From contig BCGN01000005.1 in assembly GCA_001599295.1 (NCBI GenBank), forward strand, positions 310,001-374,000: a stretch of 64,000 bases of DNA, read 5' to 3'. Origin of the DNA: Sporopachydermia quercuum (lineage: Eukaryota). The notes below the pieces were generated by a model. The model did not search any database. It was not told the DNA's origin and saw only the letters and a program-made list of their open reading frames with translations. A program made the position numbers and the translations under genes. Shown here piece by piece: positions 39,743-51,361 of the stretch (position 1 is its first letter; the number at the start of each line of letters is the position of its first letter).

Positions 39743-42328
39743 TTAAATGTTTACACCCATGAAATTTGGATCTTCATGTTTGAAAATCTCATCGAGATCA
39801 TAATTTTGTCGCGCATTGCTCATAAAAGTACTATATACATCGGCAATAACGATGTCATATTCGTCTTGTTGAGTGGACTCACCACCAAGGCTCATAAAAT
39901 AGTCATATGTAATAGCAGCTCCATGCCAACTTTTGGCCCATTGTTCTAAATAATTCAAGCATTGTTTTGACTGAGGAACTTGTGTCAACATTTCAGTAAA
40001 ATTCCTGAATTGCTTGGTAGTTATTCCTTTACGGAATATAACAATTATACACAAACTGAGATAATACTCAAAACAAGGATAGAACACCCTAGGATATCGA
40101 GAAGTAACGATAGCTAGTAAGCGAATTGTTAATTGAGTGGTCTCCTCAACTGTATATAAATGATCAATTAAAGGATTAGTCCAATCTTCCATTAAATCAA
40201 TTACTACTAGTATCGATAAGAACCCGAATATCCTTTGTGCAGCATGTGGTAAAATGTCCAATGACATATAGTTAGGGATCAGCAGTTGATCGAGTACTTC
40301 CTTTACATCATATCGTTGAAGCCATCTTTTCAAATACGCATTCGCTTCTAACAAGAGGTCTCTTTTCACTTGTCTATCAGAATTTCTAACGAAAGATTGC
40401 TGATTCGTATGAGAAATCATGTAACAAGCGAAGCCGTTCAATTCTGTAAATGAGTTGAAAATACTAATGGTGCGAAAAGCCTGAGAGGTCGACGCCCCTA
40501 CATTCTCAGGAAAAGTCAGTACACTTGAACTATCAACTGAGATACTGTGTTCCATTGTGTTGCTTCTATTATTCAGAGAAGGGGTATCATTCATTGAATT
40601 GTGTAGTCCACTGCTGTCAAAGGCATTATTGTTATCAATCTCTCTGTATGTTCTGGTTAATTCCCATTCTTCAGCGTCGTTCATCTCCTCCAAAACCATG
40701 TAATCCTCCATTTTAACCTGAGGAATTCGTCCTAATCTTCCTGAGATCAATGTATCTAAAATACAGCATACTTTCCAGGTTCTTCTCTCTTCAGCTGGTT
40801 GGCTCTGCAAATCTATATTTATACCCAAATCAATAGCTACTCTCAAAGCATTGCCAATAAGGATCCAAGAATCTCTCCAGTAACCTTCTGCCCAGAAATA
40901 CAACCCTTGGTATAAAAGAGCCTGAACTGTGTGTAAGGTTCTTTCACATTCAAGAGTTATGGCTCTTAGATCATGCATTGTCTTAGTTTCAAACTTCTGG
41001 TTTCTATTCTTTGCTGCCTCCTCCGTAACAGAGTAAGAATAAAATAAAATACTCCATAGTAAACATGATTCACTAGTTTGATTAGCTGCTTCTGTTGACA
41101 TTGCCAGTTGAACCATTTTGGACTTATTAACCATTGGTGTTAATGGGTTGATATAAGTAAAGAATCCATCCAAGATAACAAAAAGACTACAAGGAAAAAA
41201 ATAAAGCTTCCATCCTCTGATATCGAAGGTCTTCTGTTGTAAAGTGAGTTTTTGGAAACTCGATAAAAGTAATTGCTCAAATCCCGAAGAAGGACCCATA
41301 AATGTTAAACTACCATTCTCATCATCACTGCCAGAATTCGGCTGAGGGTGGTGACGGCTTTGAACATCTGTATTATCAATACCAGATGGGAGTTTACTAC
41401 GTATGTGACTTTCAATGCTATCTTTTGTGCGAGAAGTCAGTCCCCAATTAATCTCACCTTTGATTTGTGAGTTCCGATTGGATTGAGCAGCTCCTTGAGC
41501 TGCTGCAATATTTTCATTACTGTTACTATTATTATTATTTTGATTGTTACTGTTTTCTATAGCCTTAGTAGCTAAAATTCTGTAGTCTTTACATTCGTTT
41601 CTTTTCAATCCACTTTTGATAACCATTAGATCGATGTTGTTGAGCTCCAAAATATCCAAAATACCACTCCTTTGTACTGCCCGTTTGTATATTGAGCTTG
41701 TGCCTAGATTATTACCTAATGACACAATCTTCCCAGCAAAATCAACCATTATTTGTTCACCATTTTCTGTGTTTTCAATATAAAAGCCCAGTAAATCAAG
41801 CAGTTTATCACATGTTTTCTCAAGACTTTGTAGATATCCTGTAGGGATACCTCTTTTCCTTTTGGGATTAGTATATGTGCAGCTCTTGCCTGACAGCTTA
41901 CAGCTTCTACAAGGATTCCCTTGATCACAGCGTGACTTCTTGATTCTACAATTATCACAAGCTTGTTTATTCCTCAATTTCTTAAGCGCTCTCTCTCCTG
42001 TAGTTAAAGTTGGTTTTTCTTCATCTTCAGTAGTTGCTGTGGTAGTAGTAGTCGCTTTGATATTATTTACAATACCATTGTTCCCAATAATGCTATGGGC
42101 GTCAGCGTTCATCGGAAGAAGAGAACTTGACATATCTGGTCCATCATGCCATATTTCCTTTTGAGTGTTTTGAGCTCCCATCTGCTCGGTTGAAATGGGT
42201 GCAACAAAAACATCAGTTGCAACAATCGGTGATGAAAAATCGATGACTGGGGCTTGATTTCTATTATCACTGGATGAAATTCCTTCTAAAGGAAAAGCTA
42301 TCTCTGATTGATAGTTCGTTGATTCCAT
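39743..42328 (-). CDS. Zn(II)2Cys6 transcription factor with fungal-specific TF (middle homology) domain
   Basis: ACDNCRIKKSRCDQGNPCRSCKLSGKSCTY cluster; A..VAIDLGIN...EERRTWKVCCILDTLISGRLGR. Confidence 0.93.
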   Translation of the reverse strand: MESTNYQSEIAFPLEGISSSDNRNQAPVIDFSSPIVATDVFVAPISTEQMGAQNTQKEIWHDGPDMSSSLLPMNADAHSIIGNNGIVNNIKATTTTTATTEDEEKPTLTTGERALKKLRNKQACDNCRIKKSRCDQGNPCRSCKLSGKSCTYTNPKRKRGIPTGYLQSLEKTCDKLLDLLGFYIENTENGEQIMVDFAGKIVSLGNNLGTSSIYKRAVQRSGILDILELNNIDLMVIKSGLKRNECKDYRILATKAIENSNNQNNNNSNSNENIAAAQGAAQSNRNSQIKGEINWGLTSRTKDSIESHIRSKLPSGIDNTDVQSRHHPQPNSGSDDENGSLTFMGPSSGFEQLLLSSFQKLTLQQKTFDIRGWKLYFFPCSLFVILDGFFTYINPLTPMVNKSKMVQLAMSTEAANQTSESCLLWSILFYSYSVTEEAAKNRNQKFETKTMHDLRAITLECERTLHTVQALLYQGLYFWAEGYWRDSWILIGNALRVAIDLGINIDLQSQPAEERRTWKVCCILDTLISGRLGRIPQVKMEDYMVLEEMNDAEEWELTRTYREIDNNNAFDSSGLHNSMNDTPSLNNRSNTMEHSISVDSSSVLTFPENVGASTSQAFRTISIFNSFTELNGFACYMISHTNQQSFVRNSDRQVKRDLLLEANAYLKRWLQRYDVKEVLDQLLIPNYMSLDILPHAAQRIFGFLSILVVIDLMEDWTNPLIDHLYTVEETTQLTIRLLAIVTSRYPRVFYPCFEYYLSLCIIVIFRKGITTKQFRNFTEMLTQVPQSKQCLNYLEQWAKSWHGAAITYDYFMSLGGESTQQDEYDIVIADVYSTFMSNARQNYDLDEIFKHEDPNFMGVNI

Positions 42329-45300
42329 CGTTAAAGTTTGTGATCAGTACTGGTGATAATCTGCTATTTGAATCCTAAAGATTTGTTATTCGTTTTACAA
42401 AACTGATCGTCGTTCAATCGTACATATTGTATNGTGTATGAATTTAATCTTGATCTCCTGGTCTTTCTTTGGCTGCACGGGCGATCAAAGAAAATAAAAA
42501 CAAGAAATAAATGAACTATGTCTAGCCTATCAACTTTTTTCTATTCTTTTCTGTAGACCGGTTCTCAAACCCTTATAATGAGATCCAATTCATAGCACCA
42601 GACGTATTGTAANGATTGGTTAAAATCAATTAGTGGCAGTCAATCAACTAACCCTTTACTTGCAGTACACTAGCAATAACTTGCATACTATAAATCAACC
42701 CTGTTGACAAATTCTTAATCCTTGAATTTCTAGCAACAAATTCAGATTAATGCCAGCTATTATTACTATTATTACTATCATTGTCAACATCGACTCTTCC
42801 AGGAACGTGAATGTATAATGAGGAATAAACAAATAGACAACTGATAGAATATCAAAGGGAAGAAATCATCATGTCCGCAAACACGAAAGACTTCGGACAG
42901 ATGAAATCTGACTGGGGATTAAATAAATAACAAGGTACACTACAATGTCATAATTAGGACAGAGAGGATAAAGTTCAAAAACAGGTGAACGGTGGAGCAT
43001 GTGTACGTAAGGATGAAGGATGAGTGTTCCGCAAGGAACAGAAACAGCAGGGAGTTGAAAAACCGTTCGTTCAGATTTGAATTGAATGTCTCGGAGGAAA
43101 TGATATTAGTCAACAGGATACTTAGGTGGTTAAAGGAACGTTATAATTGCAGCAAGCTTCGCGAATTGTTATTTGTAAGTTTATTGGAAATTTTATTAAT
43201 TGTTTACAGCTTGANGGTAATAAGAATAGCGAAGAGTCGATGCTGAGGGAGATTCGATTGAATCCCGTCTAAGAATCTAATAGTGGACTTGTTTACTATT
43301 ATTGTTAACATCTCGTATATTTGCAGATTTACNTGGGTTTTCTGGGTAATGATCTAGCTGGAAAATTAGCTACTGCACTGGTTGGTTGTTGCAATCGAAG
43401 GACGACAAAAAAATTCAATGCACCTTACACTAGATTGTTTTAGACATTAGTGTTGCTTACTTTTATAGCGATCTTATGTCCTCAGATTCTGATGCTTCGC
43501 ATAACTACATAATGATTTCAGGTGTNTCCTTATCCAACCCAGGTTTGGTACTGACATATGAATTCAAAGGATGGCTTTTTCTTTTAATCCTAGCTTTCCT
43601 CAATCTTTTCTCCTANTGTTAACATACTGATGAATCTACTTTTTCTTCTTTGCTTTACTATTAATTAAATTTGGATTATCTTACATTTGAAACAGTTTTT
43701 TTCACAACATCTCTTCCCAATATAGTACTACAAAAATTGGGATTAGAAATAATCAATCCTATTGCTATAGCTATGGATTAAATCATCCTGTTCTTCTTCT
43801 TCTCCTTCCTCCACTCTAACTTTATATTGACTACGGTAAATCCAAGTCAAAAAAGCGAACTATATGTAGTGAAATGTACGTAGAATGTAGGTAGAATTAT
43901 TCTTTTTCTGTTATGTTGTTCATGTCGTAGCATCATAATAAGAAAGTTTCTCTTACAGGGAAATGTGGGGCAAAAAAAGTGGAAGGGAATATACGGAAGT
44001 TATAATACTTTGGCAGTAGTATGATAATCTTCAGCTTAAAAAACTGATAAACTAAATGGTGTCGACTCACTTATATAGAAATATTGGAGGTATAAAGGTA
44101 TCAAACGAGATGGTGACAAAAAATGTACTGGAACCAAACTTATTAAATGAATTGTGTGGATTTTATTAAGTATCTTCAATAATTGACNGTACTTTTTCCG
44201 TTGGAAAGAAAGTTTCAAACTAACAACAAGCATTAACAACCGTAACAGTATTCTAGTTGCCATATACCTAACAATCAACCCGCTTATTTATTCATCTATA
44301 CAAGTAATCTTGGTTTCTAGGGTTTTTTAGTGCGATTGTATACTGATGGTAGAAAAACAGTGACGACTTATTTATCATTCATTGAATACTATCAACTTTA
44401 GTTGAAACGAAAGAACAAGACATATCATATATTAGAAGAAAGAAAAGAAAAGCTACATAGAGAAATATAATAAAAGATTTGACTATATAATTGAAGTTAT
44501 TCAGATTAGTTGATATTGGCCTTGGGATGATATTTCGAAGAAATGACTATCTGACTATNACTAAACAAAATAATCGAATTTCCATTATAAGTAAGTCTGC
44601 GCTCTGTTAAATGAAGGGTAAAGAAGTATAGTCCGTTTCCAGTTGCCAACATTTATGTGATATATTTCTCGATTGCTTGAAACTTTGGAAAATAGAAGAA
44701 GGCCTTAACGCTAGATCGGTCAGACACCTTTTTCTCCTAAGTAATTTCATTTCTACTTTTCAACTCATTCCAATAGAAGTATATAGTTATGAAAGGCCCT
44801 GCCGAATGTACAATTTAGACTGATGTGCTGTGTTATATAGTCACGTGNTTCTTTTTATTTACGAAGGAGTAGAAAAGTTAGCTAATGTTTTTATTGGACT
44901 TCATACAATGAACTAGTTAGAAGGAAATCATTCTTGAGGNTTTGTTCAATTGACTCTTCAATTGGCANGAAGTGTTTTCTTGACAACGAATGATTGCTAG
45001 ATCTTAGTTTACATTAAACATTCTTATAACCAAAATTTCTAATGACACTTTTCTTAGTATATAATCTTGATTTGGATAAATTGCAGTCTTTTCTGCTTTT
45101 CATTCAGCATGTTGCAACTCCAATATTTCGTTTATTCCATTTAAATGAAGTTGAATAAGAAAGAAACAATCTACTGTTTATTTATTTGATTTGATCTTAC
45201 ATAAGTAGAATCAAAATGTTAGAACCTTGGCAATCACTCGAACTGCTTTGAATACTTGTTTTTGATGGCTTTGCTTTCAGAAGAGGAACCGCTTGATAAT

Positions 45301-48300
45301 CTTTGTTGNAGTTGATTAAACCAATGGACAAGAATTGAAGCTCGTGAACATAACAAGGAAACTTATTCTCTAGTCTTTGAATAAACCCTTTTTGTGGAGA
45401 ACTCTTCGGTGAAACGGTCAATTATAATATATAATATCCGAGAACTGGAAGATCAATGCAGTACAAAGAATCACAATAAATGCTCCTATGTTACAGAATC
45501 ACTATTTCTTGACTTCAAAGAATCAAATATTAAGAATTCTGATTACAACTGAGGAATTTGAATTCGAGCGGAATCCGGTTATATATACAATTTATAAAGC
45601 AGTTAATGCTGGTACTTGAAAAATGTATTCATAAATCTTAATAAATGTAGCAATTGCCAATGGAAGTAAAGAAATTGAGCTGACTACAGTAATATTCATT
45701 TGTTTTCTCTTCTTAGCCAATCAAATAACTTGACAGTCTTTTCTTTTTACTATTCCATTATTATTATATTTATATATATCGATGGCTCTTAACCTTCAAC
45801 TGATTCTTTATATGCTCATTTTCTCTTCTAGAGATAATAACTCATATGTAGATAGATGTATTTAATTAAAGTTAAAGCATTGAGATTCAAAGCACTTTAT
45901 CGGGTAATAAATGTCAACGGTTTTGTAACTTAAAATCAAACCATAATCATCAATAAACTCTAAAGTACTCGCATTCTTCATTCTTCCTTGATTCGTTTCA
46001 TTTCAATTCAACTACCACTCTGCTTTTTACTTTAGTTCTTAACTGAAGGTTATCAATTTTGTAGTAAATCTTTCTTTTGTCTTGTATGTGCTTGAGTACA
46101 CTATGATCATACTATGAATGAATAGTATTATAGAGCACAATACATCAATGCACCTCAATCTAATTAATTGATCAGTGTCTGTCAATGGTACCCAAAAATT
46201 ATTACACGTACAGTTAATGCCAAATATAATAGTATATCCCTTTTAGTTAGATCTGATTTTAAATCTAAACATTTACAGACATTACCCTGTTAGCCGTAGT
46301 TGAAATGAACTGTATTAATATTAAGCATCTGCTCATTATCTCGAATGCAAATTTTGTTCTATTAACCCTTCATCAATCCTAAATTTGAAGATATGAAACT
46401 AAAACCTAGTAGTTCCTTAAGTATCAGCAATGTACTCACAAAATTCAATTTTTGATAGTTACTATTGGGATGCTATGAGTATTGTATCTTTTTTTTAAAT
46501 GAAATCTTTCCATTCAATGCGATTGTTTTCCTTCCATATTTTGTTGAGCGATTGAGCACATTGAACTTCTCTAAAGGCTCACGGTTGAGAGAGAATTAGG
46601 AGTTACTTATGTTATAACTACTAGTCAAATTAAGTAATAAATCTGATGTCCAAATCTATATTTAGCTGTATCAACATATATTCAAGTGTATCTCTTGAAT
46701 ATTGTGTGATTGAGGTCACGTTATTTATTTCTATATCATTACTATGAGCATGGACACAAACCTTGAGCCGCCATCTAATTATCTATAATAACAAAATCTA
46801 AACAGAGCATTGTTTATTTTATCAACATCTAGAGATAATTATTGCTTTGATTTAACCAACTTTTCATTACATCTCACTTTATTTCACTTTTCCTACGTTC
46901 ACTTGACACTGAAATATATCATGAAACAATTTAACGAGTAAGGTTGTGGCGAAATTCAAATACCCAATTAGTATAATAGAAACTAAAGTTAATGCAGAAG
47001 AAAGGTTAAGTCTGCCGAAATAACTACCCTAGCCTGAACTTTAATTGATAATTTGTTTGTTTCTCGACAAGTATTAGAATTCGACATCGCCTGAACTTGG
47101 AATGTCCATACTGAGAGAACTGTAGGGCTATAAGACTGTTTGTTATTTGATTCCAGGTTGGGAAACATTAGTTTCCCAATTGGTACTTTGAGGTACCGGA
47201 ATATGGAAAAATGGGAGAAGGGGCCATCCCCCGCCTTTCATTCAACTGTTCAGCGATATGTTTCATGGGCTTGTTTCAAGCATTGGACTAAGAAGTATAA
47301 AAGAGCTGTTAGCAACAAGATATAGAATTATTTCCTTTTGCAGCCAATTTTATTACATTATTACTATTTTATCGGCATCATAACTTAGTAGTTCTGAATC
47401 CATGAAACCTGGATGATATAGAACACATGAAACAATCTCACAAATATATTATTACAGCTTAATAAGAACGAAAACATGGGGAAGACAAACCTAAACTAAT
47501 CAGAATTTGACCTTAACTCTGTTTTTATTTATGCCCTTATTCAATAAACAATTTCACATTTTCTTATTAAGCATTCTTTTCAAGAAAGAGTGAACTAACT
47601 AGCTTTGCAGTTAGTCTTTCTTTCCTGCTCGGGCTTCATATATTAGTAATAATTATTAACTAGTCTTTGGCCCGCCAAAGTTCGGCAGTCAGTGCTAACG
47701 AAGATGACAATGTGCTTCTAAGCGTCGATGTATTGAGACCCTGTACGTAATAGTGGAAAAGATCTGCTGGAAANCATGTGGAAATAGAAGTAATTTGAGT
47801 TTCAGATAAACGATTGAATATGCATGAAGATGTAAGGTACGAGAAGCTGTGGATCGAAAGTGAAAGAACGGATTGTTATGAGATAAAGAGAGAAGCTGAA
47901 CTTTTCAATTGAATTGGAAATAGAAATATTCAAAAAGCTTCAGGAAATACGGTATACTTTTCAGTCAATACTGGAAGTGAGTCAAACTCAGACTCAAATT
48001 CAGAACCAACTTCTAATGGGAAATTAACCTCAATCTCGNACTTTCTTTGTAGTTATACATGATGGAATGAAAATTCATTTTGAAGCAGCATTAAAGTAAA
48101 GAAATATCAGGGGAAAAAGTTAGATTCTGCCTATTGACGGCTTATTATTGGATGTTGGCTAGTGTTCCTAAATTGTCAACTGTATCAATNATATTACTGT
48201 CTACNGTTCNTAATATATAGATCAAGTAAAAAAAGTAACGGAACTCAAATACCACATTAAGAGTTGAAGATTCGAACTGAACTTTCAGACCATATCTAGA

Positions 48301-49410
48301 CTCGCTTTAGTCTGGATATCAAGTTTTGCATACTGCATCTCATATTCAAATAATAACCAGAAGATAAGTATAGCGAAGANCATTGCTAAAGTAAGTGTCT
48401 TTTGATAGAAAAAACTCAAAAGTAACATCGAAATATAACCAAATCAATATAGGNGTGCAACTTGCATAACTAGTACAAGTGACCTGCATATAAAAAGCGG
48501 AAGTGATTGTTGCTTATCTCTGGNGATAAATTAGAAGTCATATATACTATATCCAGGACCTTCAGTATTGGCTGGCAAAAGTAAGACCAAAGGGTCTGAG
48601 AAGAATCTGAAATTCGTTTCTAGGGCACATAAATAGGATCAGAACATACCCCTACCTGAGAAAATAAAAAATAAACACAACAGCTGTAATAGAATGCAAT
48701 AACCTATAATAGATATTCCATAGAAAACAGTTTTTCAGCATATCTACTACTCCACTAATAATTCTCTGGACTTCATTTAAAGTTACAACCGATATTCACT
48801 CTGTGACTAGTCTTTTTAACTTCATATTTCTCTAAACTTAATTCCTGCCTATTCATTCAGTTCCTCAAGCACAATGACTTTCTCAAATATCACCATCAAA
48901 CAATACAAATAGTTGTATTATTCTAAAACCGCTTTTCCTTTTCTTCTTTTGCAATTTCCTACTGAATCTTAGAAAAATTCTTAGTTACCATTATCTCATG
49001 AATCCTTCCTGTTAACCACTTTGGCATATATCACAGGAAAAATACTACTTTACATCATACTACATTTTCTGATTGATAAATAATGAATTAACTTCTATTA
49101 TTATAATATGAAAGAGGAAATAGTTAAAACTGACACCATTGCAAATTGCGGAAATTGTATGATAATTCTTCCTGATATTTCGTCTTATCCATTGAATTAA
49201 TCAGAAGAGACANCTACTGTTCCAGGTTAAAGTTTAGTTTTAGTAGAACTTTAAATTGGATTTTAAACGCTTTTTTCTCCACACTATTTTAATTTCTCAT
49301 TCCATTATTTTCAATTATCTGAAAAGTGTTATAAAACCCGAGGAGTGTCCAATTAATTAAAAAGAAACCTCAATCGCTTTTATATCGTTTATATCTACTA
49401 GTGTCTCAAA

Positions 49411-49440
49411 AACAGCAAACCACAGCAAACCGCAGCAACA
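49411..49440. repeat. Imperfect 10-bp tandem repeat (nnCAGCAAAC)x3 in the VAO 5' leader
   Basis: aacagcaaac cacagcaaac cgcagcaaca. Confidence 0.65.
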
Positions 49441-49534
49441 ACAATCTACTTAACTACAACGAACTCTTACTAAAGTACAGGTACTTGTTATTTGAATACA
49501 GTTAAAACATACTTTGTCCCATTAAGATTACGAA

Positions 49535-51361
49535 ATGAGTAAGCTTCCAATAACGCCAACACCGATTTTATCGGAAACACATCCCAGGGGTATTCCAGAA
49601 CGTCTTGCTCCGGTAGCAGACAAGATGAAAGCTCTTTTCTGGGAAAACAAAACTGTCCACGAAGCCTATGAACGTGACGGTGAATTACCTGTACTTCCTC
49701 CTTACACAAGCCGATCCAAATTTAACAATGCAATTGAAGATTTGAATCAGCAAATTGGTAAAGAAAATGTTGTTCTAAACACNGAACCTCTCGATGATGG
49801 TTGGTATATGGAACATCCTAATACCCATGATGTTTATTCAATTGTTGAACATGATGATTTAGTCTCTTCAGCCGTTGTCTATCCTGGTAGCACTGAGGAT
49901 GTTCAGAAAATTGTTATTTGGGCTAATAAGCATGAGATTCCTATTTACCCAATTTCTGTGGGTAGAAATTTAGGCTATGGTGGCGCAGCACCAAGAGTCA
50001 GGGGCTCAGTCATTGTCGACTTAGGTAAAAGAATGATCAAATTACTTGATGTCGACGAAAAAAATGGAACCGTTCTTGTTGAGCCTGGTGTAACATATTT
50101 CAGACTTTATGAAGAACTAAAAGCAAGAGGTTTAAATGAAAAGTTCTGGATTGATGTACCAGATATTGCTGGTGGTTCGGTTATTGGTAACTCATTGGAT
50201 CATGGTGTTGGCTATACGCCTTTTGGTGATCATTTTGGTCAACATTCAGGAATGGAGATTGTCCTACCAAATGGTGAGATTTTCCGTACTGGTATGGGAG
50301 CTTTACCAAATTCTGATTGCTGGCAATTATTCAATTATGGGTTCGGTCCTTATTTTGACGGTATTTTCACTCAAAGTAATTATGGTATTGTTACTAAAAT
50401 GGGTTTCAACATTATGCCAAACCCTGGTGGTCATCAAACTTATATGTATACCTTCCAAAATGAGTCTGATTTAGAAGCAATTACTGATACCATTAGAGAA
50501 CTTAGAATTTTAGGCTTGTTGAATAGTGGTCCAAGAGTGCATAGTTTATTAGGAGAACTTGCCTCCCACCCTGGTAGTAAAAGGAGTGATTTCGCAGAAG
50601 ATGGTGAACCACTTCCTTATGAGAAGCTCAGAAAAATTGCCGATAAAATTCTTCCGACTGGGGCTTTTGCTTGGTGTTTCTATGGAACTGTTTATGGTCC
50701 TCCCATTATATTGAAAGAAGGAATTGAGAAAACTAAAGCTATATGGGGGAAGATTCCTGGTTCCAAATTTTTTTTGCCTGAAGATTTGCCTGAAGATCAC
50801 TACATTCATTCTCGAGTAAGAATTAACGCTGGTGAACCAGAATTAAGAGAACTGAAATGGCTTACATGGGTACCAAACGGATCCCATTTATTCTTTTCAC
50901 CGATTGCTCCAATTGAAGGAAAGCAAGCCAGAGTTCTTCTTGAACTCTGTAATGATTATCATAAAAAGTATAACATTGATTTTAATCCAATTGTGTGCGT
51001 GGGATATAAAGATCTTCATGTTATCGTTACCCTTATTTATGATAGATATGATAAAGAATCGAAGAAAAGAGCTCATGACTTGATAAGNGAATTGGTTATT
51101 GTATGTGCTAAAAAAGGATTTGGTGAATATAGAACACATTTATTATTACATGATCAAGTTTTGGATACATATAATTACAATAATAATATTCTTAGAAGAT
51201 TCAGTGAGACAATTAAGGATACTTTAGATCCTAATGGAATATTGTCACCCGGAAGATGTGGAATTTGGCCAAAGAAATATAGAAATAAAGGCTGGGAATT
51301 ACTTGGAAAGGATAGTCATGACGCTTCTCATCCTGAATTTACGGATATCAACAGATTGTGA
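49535..51361 (+). CDS. Vanillyl-alcohol oxidase / 4-phenol oxidase family flavoprotein (VAO/PCMH)
   Basis: PISVGRNLGYGGAAPRVRGSV, VEPGVTY, WIDVPDIAGGSVIGN, GVGYTPFGDH, PNGSHLFFSPI (covalent-FAD His), GEYRTH and DPNGILSPG, all collinear with Penicillium VAO. Intronless. Confidence 0.93.
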   Translation: MSKLPITPTPILSETHPRGIPERLAPVADKMKALFWENKTVHEAYERDGELPVLPPYTSRSKFNNAIEDLNQQIGKENVVLNXEPLDDGWYMEHPNTHDVYSIVEHDDLVSSAVVYPGSTEDVQKIVIWANKHEIPIYPISVGRNLGYGGAAPRVRGSVIVDLGKRMIKLLDVDEKNGTVLVEPGVTYFRLYEELKARGLNEKFWIDVPDIAGGSVIGNSLDHGVGYTPFGDHFGQHSGMEIVLPNGEIFRTGMGALPNSDCWQLFNYGFGPYFDGIFTQSNYGIVTKMGFNIMPNPGGHQTYMYTFQNESDLEAITDTIRELRILGLLNSGPRVHSLLGELASHPGSKRSDFAEDGEPLPYEKLRKIADKILPTGAFAWCFYGTVYGPPIILKEGIEKTKAIWGKIPGSKFFLPEDLPEDHYIHSRVRINAGEPELRELKWLTWVPNGSHLFFSPIAPIEGKQARVLLELCNDYHKKYNIDFNPIVCVGYKDLHVIVTLIYDRYDKESKKRAHDLIXELVIVCAKKGFGEYRTHLLLHDQVLDTYNYNNNILRRFSETIKDTLDPNGILSPGRCGIWPKKYRNKGWELLGKDSHDASHPEFTDINRL

